From an uncultured Actinomycetota bacterium (GTDB lineage Bacteria > Actinomycetota > Actinomycetes > Mycobacteriales > Pseudonocardiaceae), in the NCBI GenBank assembly GCA_963785135.1, contig CAWATV010000009.1, forward strand, positions 85,173 to 149,172: 64,000 nt of DNA. The letters run 5' to 3'. The notes beneath the pieces were generated by a model that searched no databases, was not told where the DNA came from, and saw only the letters and a list, made by a program, of their open reading frames with translations. Positions 1-9,385 of the stretch are shown here, piece after piece. Each line of letters starts with the position of its first letter. The first letter of the stretch is position 1. The translations under genes and the position numbers were made by a program.

Positions 1-19
1 GCGTGTCCCGGGGACACGC
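1..19. terminator. Perfect 9-bp inverted repeat (GCGTGTCCC-G-GGGACACGC), terminator-like or REP-like, possibly truncated by the window edge
   Basis: Read directly from the sequence; lies about 35 nt downstream of the inferred monooxygenase stop at 54-56. Confidence 0.35.
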
Positions 20-53
20 CTCCCGGAAAGCGGTCGGCTCGGGTCGGGACGGC

Positions 54-1272
54 TCACACCGGCGCGACCGCGCGGACCGGGTAGTGAGGGAGGCCGGCCC
101 AGTCGGCGGGCGGGCTGAAGCAGCCCACCGGCCAGGTCGCCGACGCGGCGCCCGACCGGGCTCGCCGCGAGACGCAGGGCGGTGTGGAGGAGGGCGCGCC
201 CGCCGCGCGTGCGCGGGTTGCCGATGCGGGGCGCGCCCGGCGGGAGATCCTGGGCCTTCACGACGTAGGGCCGCATCACGGCCTCGTACCGGGCGAACGC
301 CGACCGGTGGTCGGCGTGGGTGGCGAGCTCGCCGGCGAGGACGTAGGCCCCGGTGAGCGCGAGGCTGGTGCTCATGCCGCTGATGGGCGAGGAACAGTGC
401 GCAGCGTCGCCGAGCAGGGCGACGCGACCGCGGCTCCACGTGGGCAGGCGCGCCTGCCCGAGGGCCTCGAGGTAGAGCGGCGCGTCGTCGAGGGCGGCGA
501 GGATCCGCGGTGTCTGCCAGCCGACGTCGGCGAACGTGCGGCGCAGGATCATGATCTGGTCGTCACGATCGAGCTCGTCGATCCCGCGCACGTCGGACAT
601 GAACGTCAGGCCGGCGCGGGTGGTGCCCATGTTGTCCGGGCGCAGCATGACGCTGCGCCCGCGGCCGGCGTGCAGCCACTGCCACCGGTCGGTGTCGGTC
701 GGGGCGCGCGGCACGGTGAGGTACGCGGCGTAGGCGCCGAGCTCGCACACGGGGTCGGCGTCGGGGAACACCCGGGCGCGGGTGCGGGAGCGCAGGCCCT
801 CGGCGACGACCACGAGGTCGAACGCGCGTGCCGGTCCGTCGCGGAAGGTGACCGTGACGCCGTCGGCGTGCTCGTCGAGGGCGGCGATCTGGTCCCCGAA
901 GACGTACTCGACGTCGTCGCGGGTGCGGTCGTACAGGATGCGCGAGAGCTCCCCGCGCAGGATCTCCAGCTCGGCGGTCCCGCCGTCGCTGTCGCCCGTC
1001 CCGGGCGGGAACGACGCCACCGTCGCGCCGGCCTCGTCGACGAACTCCAGACCGCGCTCGCCGGTGGTCGCCGCGCGGACGTCGTCCTCGATGCCCATCC
1101 GCCGCAGCACCTCCCGGCCGGCGCCGCGCACGTCGATGTTCTGCCCCGCGTCGCGCAGGGCGTCGAAGCGCTCGACGAGGGTGACGCGCCACCCGTGGGC
1201 GTGCAGCCAGTAGGCGAGCGTGGGCCCGGCGATGCTGGCGCCGGAGATGAGGACGTGGGGAGGGGTCGTCAC
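54..1272 (-). CDS. FAD-dependent monooxygenase with an apparent +1 frameshift near position 120
   Basis: Hand translation from GTG 1272: MTTPPHVLISGASIAGPTLAYWL (GxxxxG FAD motif), GQNIDVRG, RVALLGDAAHC. A native-looking tail FSPPADWAGLPHYPVRAVAPV* needs one base removed near 120; otherwise the frame runs off the window, which is why it is absent from the ORF track. Confidence 0.85.
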
Positions 1273-1326
1273 CCGCGTGGCTTCCCCGCCGACGGGCACC
1301 CCACGCGCGCCCTAGGCTCCCGGCCC

Positions 1327-2235
1327 GTGAGCGACGCCGCCGATCCCCCGCTGTTCGACCCGTCGATCTGGCAGGAGGTGGGCGGCTACACCGACATCAC
1401 CTACCACCGCCACGTCGAGCTCGGCTGCGTCCGGATCGCGTTCGACCGCCCCGAGGTGCGCAACGCCTTCCGGCCCCACACGGTCGACGAGCTGGCGGCG
1501 GCTCTGGAGCACGCGCGGACCAGCGCCGACGTCGGCGTCGTGCTGCTCACCGGCAACGGGCCGAGCCCGCGCGACGGCGGTCACGCCTTCTGCTCCGGCG
1601 GCGACCAGCGCATCCGCGGGCGGACCGGCTACCAGTACGCCGCCGGGCAGGAGAGCGCGACACCGGAGGAGAAGGGCCGCGCCGGGCGGCTGCACATCCT
1701 CGAGTGCCAGCGCCTCATCCGGTTCATGCCCAAGGTGGTGATCGCCGTGGTCAACGGGTGGGCGGCCGGTGGCGGCCACTCGCTGCACGCGGTCTGCGAC
1801 CTCACCCTCGCCAGCGCCGAGCACGCCCGGTTCAAGCAGACCGACGCCGACGTCGGCAGCTTCGACGCCGCGTTCGGTTCGGCCTACCTCGCGCGCTCGG
1901 TCGGGCAGAAGTTCGCGCGCGAGATCTTCCACCTGGGCCGGACATACACCGCGGAGCAGATGCACGCGATGGGCGCGGTGAACGAGGCCGTCCCGCACGC
2001 CGACCTCGAGACCACCGCGGTCGAGTGGGCGCGCCTGGTGCTCGGCAAGTCGCCGACCGCCCAGCGCATGCTCAAGTACGCGTTCAACCTCCCCGACGAC
2101 GGTCTCGTCGGCCAGCAGCTGTTCGCGGGCGAGACCACGCGGCTGGCCTACATGACCGACGAGGCCACCGAGGGCAAGGACGCCTTCCTGGGCAAGCGCG
2201 CCCCGGACTGGAGCCCCTACCCCTGGTACTACTGA
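1327..2235 (+). CDS. menB: 1,4-dihydroxy-2-naphthoyl-CoA synthase
   Basis: RIAFDRPEVRNAFRP, FCSGGDQRIRG, VGSFDAAFGS, C-terminal DWSPYPWYY; GTG 1327 follows a TAGGCT -10-like hexamer at 1313-1318. Confidence 0.95.
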   Translation: MSDAADPPLFDPSIWQEVGGYTDITYHRHVELGCVRIAFDRPEVRNAFRPHTVDELAAALEHARTSADVGVVLLTGNGPSPRDGGHAFCSGGDQRIRGRTGYQYAAGQESATPEEKGRAGRLHILECQRLIRFMPKVVIAVVNGWAAGGGHSLHAVCDLTLASAEHARFKQTDADVGSFDAAFGSAYLARSVGQKFAREIFHLGRTYTAEQMHAMGAVNEAVPHADLETTAVEWARLVLGKSPTAQRMLKYAFNLPDDGLVGQQLFAGETTRLAYMTDEATEGKDAFLGKRAPDWSPYPWYY

Positions 2236-2239
2236 TCGA

Positions 2240-3067
2240 CTACGTCAGCCCCAGCATCTCCTCGCTGACGTCCCACAGGCGGGCGGCGAGCTCCGGATCC
2301 TCGGCCTGCGGGTTCTTGTTGGTGACGGCCTTGTCGTTCTCGTAGTAGCGGCCGGGCTCCCAGTCCTCGCCCGGCGTGCCCGTCGCGAGGTAGGTCAGCC
2401 GCTCGCCACCCTTCTCCGCGCTGATCAGGAACAGCCGGGAGAGCACCGTGCCGTAGATGAACCGCATGAAGCTGGTGGTGTCGCTGGCGAAGCTGGTGGC
2501 GACGCGTCCCGGGTGGAACGCGGCCGCCGCGATGCCCTGCTCGCCGTAACGGCGCTGCAGCTCGACGGTGAACAGGATGTTCTCGAGCTTGGCGTTGCCG
2601 TAGGCGCGATCCGGGGAGTAGCCGCGCTCCAGGCCCAGGTCGTCGACGTCGAGCTTGCCGAAGCGGTACGACGCCTCGCTGGAGGTCTGCAGGACCTTCG
2701 CCGAGCTCGCCGTCAGGGTGGGCAGCAGCAGGTGGGTCAGCAGGAACGGCGCGAGGTGGTTGACCTGGAAGGTCTTCTCGAACCCGTCCTTGGTCTCCTC
2801 GCGCGCCCCCATGATCCCGCCGGCGTTGTTGGCCAGGACGTCGATGCGCGGGTACGCGTCGGTGAGCTCGGCGGCCAGGGAGCGGACCTGGTCGAGGTCA
2901 CCGAGGTCGGCCAGGTGGTACGGCGCGCCGATCTCGTCGGCGACGGCAGCGGTCTTGGCCTGCGAGCGGCCGACGAGCACGACCTGCTCGCCGCGGGCGG
3001 CGAGCTGCCGGGCGGACGCGGCGCCGATGCCGTCGCTCGCGCCGGTGATGACGATGGTCTGGGGCAT
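2240..3067 (-). CDS. Short-chain dehydrogenase/reductase (retinol-DH-like)
   Basis: TIVITGASDGIG, LANNAGG, FQVNHLAPFLLT, YGNAK (YxxxK); alternative start at 3076. Confidence 0.92.
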   Translation of the reverse strand: MPQTIVITGASDGIGAASARQLAARGEQVVLVGRSQAKTAAVADEIGAPYHLADLGDLDQVRSLAAELTDAYPRIDVLANNAGGIMGAREETKDGFEKTFQVNHLAPFLLTHLLLPTLTASSAKVLQTSSEASYRFGKLDVDDLGLERGYSPDRAYGNAKLENILFTVELQRRYGEQGIAAAAFHPGRVATSFASDTTSFMRFIYGTVLSRLFLISAEKGGERLTYLATGTPGEDWEPGRYYENDKAVTNKNPQAEDPELAARLWDVSEEMLGLT

Positions 3068-3072
3068 GGCGG

Positions 3073-6000
3073 TCATTCTGGACGACCGCGGTCGGGCCGA
3101 CGTGCGTGGCGTGACGGGCCGGGCCGGGCCGGGAGCGGGCCGGGCAGGTCGTCGAGGCGGTGGCGGCTGCGTGCGGGGGGCGCGTCGGGGGCGCGCCGCT
3201 GCTCCGGCCCGGGGTCCGCCGTCGGGGAGGACGAGAAGGAGAGCAGCGGACGGCTCGCGCGCGACGGGCTGGCGGGCACGACCGAGGTCACGGCCGGTGC
3301 CGGGTCGCCGGGGTCGGCGGGGCCGTACCGCGAGCGTGCGACCGCGGGGACGGGCCGCGCCGGGACGGGGCGGGGCGGGGTGGGGGTCGGCGAGGGCAGC
3401 GGCGGGGCCGGGGCCGGGACGGCGCGGTGGGCCAGCCGCGTGAGCCGCGTCCTCAACGAGCCCTGGGAGAGCGCGGAGGTGATCCCGGCCTCGACGTCGT
3501 TCGGGATCACCGGCGGGCGGGGGCCGTCCGGCGCGGTGCGCGCGCGCGTCGTCCCGCGCCCGTCCGGCAGCAGCGAGACCGGCCGACCCGCGGCGAGGTC
3601 CTCGACCCAGCCGAAGGCGAGCACGCCGACGACGATCAGCCCGACGGCGACGCCGAGACGGCCGGCGCCGGAGTCGCCGACGAGCCGGGCGGCGACCGGG
3701 GCGGCGAGCGCGAGCGCCAGGGTGTGCCAGAGGAAGATCGTCAGGGCACGCGCGTTGATCACCGTGACCAGCCGTCCGAGCGGCGGGACGCGCTCGAGCC
3801 ATGCGGCGCGGGGGGTGACACGCAGGAGGACCAGCACCACGCCCGCGGACACGAGGGCCTGCGCGAGCGGACCACCCGCGAGATCCGGGCCGACGTCGCC
3901 CGTGGCGTGGCCGAGGGCCCAGGCCAGGCCACCGGCGACGAGGACCACGACCAGCGAGCCGGTCATCAGCCCGGGCAGTCGCCGCAGCATGCCCTCGCGG
4001 TGGGCGAACCCGAGCAGCCAGCAGGCGCCGAACGTCGCCGCGTCGAGCACGATGCTGCCGGCCGCACCCCCGCCGCGCAGCGGCGAACCCAGCAGCGTGT
4101 CCGCGGTGACGACGGCGATCGGGAGCGCGAGGGCGATCAGGGGTCGGCGGCGGAACGCCCACAGCAGCGGCGGGGTGAGCAGCACGAACCACAGGTAGGC
4201 ACGCAGGAACCAGAGCCCGGCCCCCACCCCCGTGCTCCCGTCGACGCCCGGGGTGTCGATCAGCGGGAGGATCCAGGAGGAGAGCGCGGACGCCGTCGGC
4301 GCGGGCGTGAGCAGGCCGGACCAGAGCACCACGGGCACCGCGACGAGGCCGAACAGCCACAGCGGGGGCAGCACCCGGCGCAGGCGGTGGCCGAGGACGT
4401 CGAGGGCCTCGCGGCGTCGCAGGGACTGCACCATCAGGGAGCCCCCGAGGGCGAACAGGATCCCCGCCGCCGGGATCAGCGTGCTCCCGCCGAACGCGTG
4501 GCCGACCACGACGCCCGTCAGGGCGACGGCCCGCAGCAGGTCCGGCCACCGCTCACGCCCGCCCCCGAGATCGGCGACGGCACGCCGCGACGGTGCGGCG
4601 TCGGGTGCGGGGCCACGGGCGACGGTCGGGGGCGGCAGGCGATCGGCCGCCGGGCGGGACCGGCCGTCGGCCCCCGAGGGCGCGGCCAGGTGCTCGGCGA
4701 CGGCGCCGACGCGCCGCAGCTTCTGCCAGCGCACGCCGGCCCCGGTCATGGCGCTGACCACCGCCTGGACCAGGACGACGTACATGAGCTGGCGGTACAT
4801 CACCTGCTGGATCGGCAGCGCCCACAGCGGCCCCTTCGGCTCGCCGTCCATCCCGAACGCCATCGCGGCGGCGACGAACTGGAGGAGCAGCATCGAGCCC
4901 CACAGCGCCGCGGCGACGACGGGGTCGCCGAAGACCAGCCCGTAGACGAAGAGCAGGTCGATCAGCGGCGCGGCCAGGGGCAGGCCGACGTGGAAGAGCC
5001 CGATGTGGGCGAGGCCGACGCGGCCCATCCGTCCGGAGGCGCCGCTCTCGCGCAGGGCGCGCCGGTGCTTCCAGAGGGCCTGCATCGTCCCGTAGCTCCA
5101 GCGGAAGCGCTGGCGCCACAGCTGCCCGAGGGTGACCGGAGCCTCGGTCCAGGCCAGCGCGCGGTCCGCGTAGACCACGCGCCACCCGGCACGACCGAGG
5201 GCGATGGTGAGGTCGGTGTCCTCGGCCAGGGTGTCCGAGGACAGGCCGCCGACCTCCCGGACGGCCTCGCGCCGGAACGCCCCGGCCGCGCCCGGGATGG
5301 TGGAGATGGAGCCCCACCGGTCCTGGACGCGGCGGTCGACGTTGAACCCGACGACGTACTCGATGTGCTGCAGGCGCGGGATCAACCGGTCGCGGTCGGC
5401 GATCTTGACGTTGCCGGCCACGGCTCCGACACCGGGGTCGGCGAACGGGGCCACGAGGGCGGCCACGGTGTCCGGCTGGAAGATCGTATCGCCGTCGATC
5501 ATGACCACGAGGTCGTGCCGGGCGGCCGCGACCCCGCGGTTGAGCGCCGCGGACTTGCCGGCGTTGACCTGCCGGATCACCCGGACGCGGGGCAGCGCGA
5601 GCTCCTCGACGAGGTCGGCGGTGCCGTCGGTCGAGCCGTCGTCGACCACCACGACCTCGAGGGGATGGCCGTTGGCGAGGATCGAGCGCACGGTGGCCTC
5701 GATGTTGTCGGCCTCGTTGTAGGCGGGCACGACCACGGAGACGGTCTCGGTGACGGGCTCGCCCCAGGTGAAGCCCGGGTCGCGGCGACGCCGCGCGTGC
5801 CCGCGGGCGACGACGAGCATCACCAGCAGGCGCCCGACGACGAGCACGCCCACCACGACGAGCGCGCCGTGCAGCACCCTGACGACACCGGCGGCGACCG
5901 AGACGGCGCCCAGCATCGCCTGGCCGACGACCCGGTCGCGGGCCGACGCCGCGGTGTTGTGCGGGCCGAGCCCGACGGCCTCGCTGACGGTCGTGAAGCG

Positions 6001-6813
6001 GTAGCCCTGGGCCTGGAGCGCCGGGATCAGGCGGTCGAGGGCCGCGACGGTCTGGGAGCGCTCGCCGCCCGCGTCGTGCAGCAGCACCGTCGCGCCCGCC
6101 CCGTTCTGCGGCGTGGCGTTGCGGACGATCGCGTCGACGCCGGGGCGGCGCCAGTCCTCGCCGTCCACGTCGGTGAGCACGGTCACGTAGCCGTCGCGAC
6201 CGGCGGTGACCACCGTCGCGTAGCCCGGGTCGTCGAGGGCGTCCGGGGTGGACGAGAACGGCGGGCGCAGCAGGTGCGTGGACACGCCCGCGGCCCCCGC
6301 GATGGCGAGCTGGGTCTCGGCGACCTCGCGGTCGAGGCGCCACGGTGACACCCGGGCCAGGTCGGGGTGGGTGAAGGAGTGCACGCCGAGCTCGGAGCCC
6401 GAGGCCGTGATCCGGCGGGTCACGTCGGGGTGGCGGGACACCATCGAGCCGACGACGAAGAACGTGCCGGGGACCCGGTGGCGGGCGAGGACGGCGAGGA
6501 CCTCGGGGGTCCAGGTCGGGTCCGGACCGTCGTCGAAGGTCAGCGCGACCGTCCGGTCGGGCAGCCGCCCGGTGCGGACCGGATCGGCGCGCGCGTCGAT
6601 GATCGGATCGCCTGCGGTGACCGACGACGGCACCGACCCCGTGCCCTCGGGCCCGCGGGCGAAGGCGTCGTTGCCGATCGTCGCGTCGGCCAGCCCGGCG
6701 ACGGTGAGGACGGTCAGCAGCATGAGCCCGAGGACCGCGCTCATGACCCAGACGCCGACCCGCCGGCGCGGGCGGAGCGCGCCCGGCCCGTTCGTCGTGA
6801 CCCTGCGTGTCAC
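3073..6813 (-). CDS. Fused CE4 polysaccharide deacetylase + GT2 processive glycosyltransferase + acyltransferase-3 domain (MatB/IcaABC-like)
   Basis: CE4 motifs ALTFDDGP, HSFTHPD, RPPF, LLHD; GT2 motifs VPAYNE, VDDGSTD, IDGD, LAEDTD, QRFRW; AT3 motifs DLLRAVALTGVVVGH and LWFLRAYLWF; Pro-rich tail; one uninterrupted frame. Confidence 0.9.
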   Translation of the reverse strand: MTRRVTTNGPGALRPRRRVGVWVMSAVLGLMLLTVLTVAGLADATIGNDAFARGPEGTGSVPSSVTAGDPIIDARADPVRTGRLPDRTVALTFDDGPDPTWTPEVLAVLARHRVPGTFFVVGSMVSRHPDVTRRITASGSELGVHSFTHPDLARVSPWRLDREVAETQLAIAGAAGVSTHLLRPPFSSTPDALDDPGYATVVTAGRDGYVTVLTDVDGEDWRRPGVDAIVRNATPQNGAGATVLLHDAGGERSQTVAALDRLIPALQAQGYRFTTVSEAVGLGPHNTAASARDRVVGQAMLGAVSVAAGVVRVLHGALVVVGVLVVGRLLVMLVVARGHARRRRDPGFTWGEPVTETVSVVVPAYNEADNIEATVRSILANGHPLEVVVVDDGSTDGTADLVEELALPRVRVIRQVNAGKSAALNRGVAAARHDLVVMIDGDTIFQPDTVAALVAPFADPGVGAVAGNVKIADRDRLIPRLQHIEYVVGFNVDRRVQDRWGSISTIPGAAGAFRREAVREVGGLSSDTLAEDTDLTIALGRAGWRVVYADRALAWTEAPVTLGQLWRQRFRWSYGTMQALWKHRRALRESGASGRMGRVGLAHIGLFHVGLPLAAPLIDLLFVYGLVFGDPVVAAALWGSMLLLQFVAAAMAFGMDGEPKGPLWALPIQQVMYRQLMYVVLVQAVVSAMTGAGVRWQKLRRVGAVAEHLAAPSGADGRSRPAADRLPPPTVARGPAPDAAPSRRAVADLGGGRERWPDLLRAVALTGVVVGHAFGGSTLIPAAGILFALGGSLMVQSLRRREALDVLGHRLRRVLPPLWLFGLVAVPVVLWSGLLTPAPTASALSSWILPLIDTPGVDGSTGVGAGLWFLRAYLWFVLLTPPLLWAFRRRPLIALALPIAVVTADTLLGSPLRGGGAAGSIVLDAATFGACWLLGFAHREGMLRRLPGLMTGSLVVVLVAGGLAWALGHATGDVGPDLAGGPLAQALVSAGVVLVLLRVTPRAAWLERVPPLGRLVTVINARALTIFLWHTLALALAAPVAARLVGDSGAGRLGVAVGLIVVGVLAFGWVEDLAAGRPVSLLPDGRGTTRARTAPDGPRPPVIPNDVEAGITSALSQGSLRTRLTRLAHRAVPAPAPPLPSPTPTPPRPVPARPVPAVARSRYGPADPGDPAPAVTSVVPASPSRASRPLLSFSSSPTADPGPEQRRAPDAPPARSRHRLDDLPGPLPARPGPSRHARRPDRGRPE

Positions 6814-6952
6814 TCACGGGCCGAAGCGACCACCGACCGTCACCTCCCTCGTCGCATTCGTCCGACTCGTGTCCAGACCGTCGCCCGATCGTGCATCGAA
6901 CGATATCGAGTGGTCTGTCCGGGTCGCGAGGGACACCCACCGGCCCGCAGCA

Positions 6953-7008
6953 CGAAGGGCACGTTCCGCAGGCTCGCCGGAGCGAATATCTGCCGAACGT
7001 GCCCTTCG
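6953..7008. repeat. 14-bp perfect inverted repeat with 28-nt inner region (REP-like or terminator hairpin)
   Basis: CGAAGGGCACGTTC (6953-6966) pairs with GAACGTGCCCTTCG (6995-7008); lies between the moeZ stop and the fusion gene. Confidence 0.7.
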
Positions 7009-7047
7009 CGGTCGGAACCGGAGCGCGCGACTCCTCGGCGCGACGAA

Positions 7048-8223
7048 TCAGTAGGTCGGCAGGGAGGTGTCGACCTGCTGCGCCCAGCCGGTGACGCCGC
7101 CACCCACGTGGACGGCGTTGGAGAAGCCGGCACCCTGGAGCGTGGCGAGCGCCTCGGCGGAGCGGACGCCGGACTTGCAGTACAGGATCGTCTGCCGGTC
7201 CTGGGGGATCTCGGCGAAGGCCTCGCCCGAGAGGATCCTGTCCTTCGGGATGAGCTTCGCGCCGGGGATCTTCACGATCTCCCACTCGTGGGGCTCGCGG
7301 ACGTCGATGAGCTCGAACTTGTCGCCCGCGTCCATCTTCTCCTTGAGCTCGACCGCGGTGATGGTGTGGCCCGCCGCCGCCGACTGGGCCTCGTCGGAGA
7401 CCGTGCCGCAGAAGGCCTCGTAGTCGATCAGCTCGGTGATCTCGGCCGCATCCGGGTCGCGGCGGATCTTGACCTCGCGGTACTCCATGTCCAGCGCGTC
7501 GTAGATCTTCAGACGGCCGAGCAGGGTGTCGCCGATGCCGGTGATCAGCTTGATCGCCTCGGTGACCATGATCGCGCCGATGGAGGCGCACAGGACGCCG
7601 AGCACGCCGCCCTCGGCGCACGACGGGACCATGCCCGGCGGCGGGGGCTCGGGGTAGAGGTGGCGGTAGTTGAGGCCCTGCCCGTTCGGGGCGTCCTCCC
7701 AGAACACCGACACCTGGCCCTCGAAGCGGAAGATCGAGCCCCAGACGTAGGGCTTGCCGAGCAGCACCGCGGCGTCGTTCACCAGGTAGCGGGTGGCGAA
7801 GTTGTCGGTGCCGTCGAGGATCAGGTCGTAGTCGCGGAAGATGTCCAGCGCGTTCGACGAGTCCAGCGGGACCTCGTGGAGGTTCACCGTGACCAGCGGG
7901 TTGATCTCGGCGACCGACTCCTTCGCCGACTGCGCCTTGGGCTTGCCGATGTCGGACTGGCCGTGGATCACCTGGCGCTGCAGGTTGGACTCGTCGACGA
8001 CGTCGAAGTCGACCACGCCGAGGGTGCCCACGCCGGCCGCGGCCAGGTAGAGCAGCGCCGGGCTGCCGAGCCCGCCCGCGCCGACCACCAGCACCTTGGC
8101 GTTCTTGAGACGCTTCTGCCCCTCGACGCCGACGTCGGGGATGATCAGGTGTCGGCTGTAGCGGGCGACCTCGTCCTTGGTCAGCTCCGCGGCCGGTTCC
8201 ACCAGGGGCGGCAGGGTTGCCAT
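7048..8223 (-). CDS. moeZ: Adenylyltransferase/sulfurtransferase MoeZ (ThiF/MoeB + rhodanese)
   Basis: RYSRHLIIPDVGVEGQKRL, VGAGGLG, DESNLQRQ, SCAEGGVLG, rhodanese YCKSGVRS; ATG 8223 with GAGGAG SD. Confidence 0.95.
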   Translation of the reverse strand: MATLPPLVEPAAELTKDEVARYSRHLIIPDVGVEGQKRLKNAKVLVVGAGGLGSPALLYLAAAGVGTLGVVDFDVVDESNLQRQVIHGQSDIGKPKAQSAKESVAEINPLVTVNLHEVPLDSSNALDIFRDYDLILDGTDNFATRYLVNDAAVLLGKPYVWGSIFRFEGQVSVFWEDAPNGQGLNYRHLYPEPPPPGMVPSCAEGGVLGVLCASIGAIMVTEAIKLITGIGDTLLGRLKIYDALDMEYREVKIRRDPDAAEITELIDYEAFCGTVSDEAQSAAAGHTITAVELKEKMDAGDKFELIDVREPHEWEIVKIPGAKLIPKDRILSGEAFAEIPQDRQTILYCKSGVRSAEALATLQGAGFSNAVHVGGGVTGWAQQVDTSLPTY

Positions 8224-8266
8224 CGCTCGCTCACTCCTCGGTTGTTCGACTCGCTCACCCAGCACC

Positions 8267-8292
8267 AACCCGTCGCGGCCCCGGCGTGTTCC
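8267..8292 (-). promoter_or_regulatory. SigH/SigR-type ECF promoter for moeZ
   Basis: Minus strand reads GGAAC-N18-GTT, an exact match to the SigH/SigR consensus, about 45 nt upstream of moeZ. Confidence 0.7.
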
Positions 8293-8323
8293 CGTCACGG
8301 CCGGGGCCTCGGGGCCTCGGGCC

Positions 8324-9385
8324 TCAGGGCCGCAACGCGCCGTTCGGGTACGGCCAGGCGTTGGGTTGGCAGGTCTTGCCGTCGCGCGGGATCTCCAGAC
8401 CCTGCGGGTTCTCCTCGGTGAGCTGCGCGAGGTAGTCGTCGGACGTGCCGAACGACTGCTGCATCATCACCGGGGCGAGCGCGCCGTTCGTCTCACAGGG
8501 GACGTGGCGGTTGTCGAAGACGTGCCCGACCTCGTGGTTGATCGCGTACTGGCGGTAGAGCCCGAGCTGCCCGTCGAACGCGCCCGCGCCGCGGACCCAC
8601 CGCGCGCCGTTGATGAGCACCCGCTTGATGTCGGACTTCCAGCACGACGCCTCGTACCGCACCTCGTAGCCGCACTGCCCCCGCGTCGTCAGCTGGGAGG
8701 TGAGGCTGATGCGGAAGTCGGGGACGCCGGCGTCGACACGGCGCACGGCGATCTGCCCCGAGCCCACCCAGCTGCGCGGGTCGGAGAGCGTCGACTCGAC
8801 CGCGGTCGCGAACGCCGCGTCGCCCTCGGGCAGCACGGCACCGTCCTCGACCTCGACGGTGTAGGTGTAGACGCGCCCGGTGCCGGCCTGCGGGGACGTG
8901 CCCGGCACGACGTGCCAGGTGCCCGCGCCGCTGACCGGGAAGGCGCCGCCGCTCGGGAGCTCGGCGGTCGGGATGTTCACGTTCGCGCCGACGCCGGCCG
9001 GGGCCTCCCCCACCACCGGTGACGAGCTCGGTGGGGTGCCGGTCAGGAGGGAGGCGGCCGAGCCGGTGTCTGCGCCGGGCGAGACGGCCTGGACGACGGC
9101 GAGCACGGTCAGCACCACGAGCAGCGGCACGACCCAGAGGCGCCAGGACCCGACGAGGCTCGACGGCGGCCGTCCCCGCGCGCCCCCGGCGGGGCGGCGG
9201 ACCGGTTCGGAGCGTGGACGGTCCTCGGCCGAGCTCACCGCCGCGGGACGCTGCGGACGGGAGCGCTCGGTCCCGTTCCGGGCGGGAACGGCGCGCGCCG
9301 GGGAGCTCACGGTGCGGACGGTGCGGTCGCGCGACGGCGGGGCCTCGTCCTCCCCGTCCTCGAAGCGCCGTACCGCCCGGGTCAC
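8324..9385 (-). CDS. DUF3152 domain protein (membrane-anchored)
   Basis: TM segment followed by YTVEVEDG, LSDPRSW, YRQYAINHEVGH (HExxH), APVMMQQS; GTG overlaps the upstream stop. Confidence 0.88.
   Translation of the reverse strand: MTRAVRRFEDGEDEAPPSRDRTVRTVSSPARAVPARNGTERSRPQRPAAVSSAEDRPRSEPVRRPAGGARGRPPSSLVGSWRLWVVPLLVVLTVLAVVQAVSPGADTGSAASLLTGTPPSSSPVVGEAPAGVGANVNIPTAELPSGGAFPVSGAGTWHVVPGTSPQAGTGRVYTYTVEVEDGAVLPEGDAAFATAVESTLSDPRSWVGSGQIAVRRVDAGVPDFRISLTSQLTTRGQCGYEVRYEASCWKSDIKRVLINGARWVRGAGAFDGQLGLYRQYAINHEVGHVFDNRHVPCETNGALAPVMMQQSFGTSDDYLAQLTEENPQGLEIPRDGKTCQPNAWPYPNGALRP

Noticed and set aside
184-1326. Apparent 683-aa MenB with a long N-terminal extension
   Set aside because: The extension is the in-register antisense shadow of the monooxygenase; MenB homology begins at GTG 1327
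2240-4549. 769-aa ORF suggesting an SDR fusion
   Set aside because: The upstream part is an off-frame read of the acyltransferase domain; only 3067-2240 is SDR
6820-7045. c-di-GMP riboswitch controlling the polysaccharide gene
   Set aside because: No GEMM-I or GEMM-II signature found by eye; an Rfam scan would be decisive
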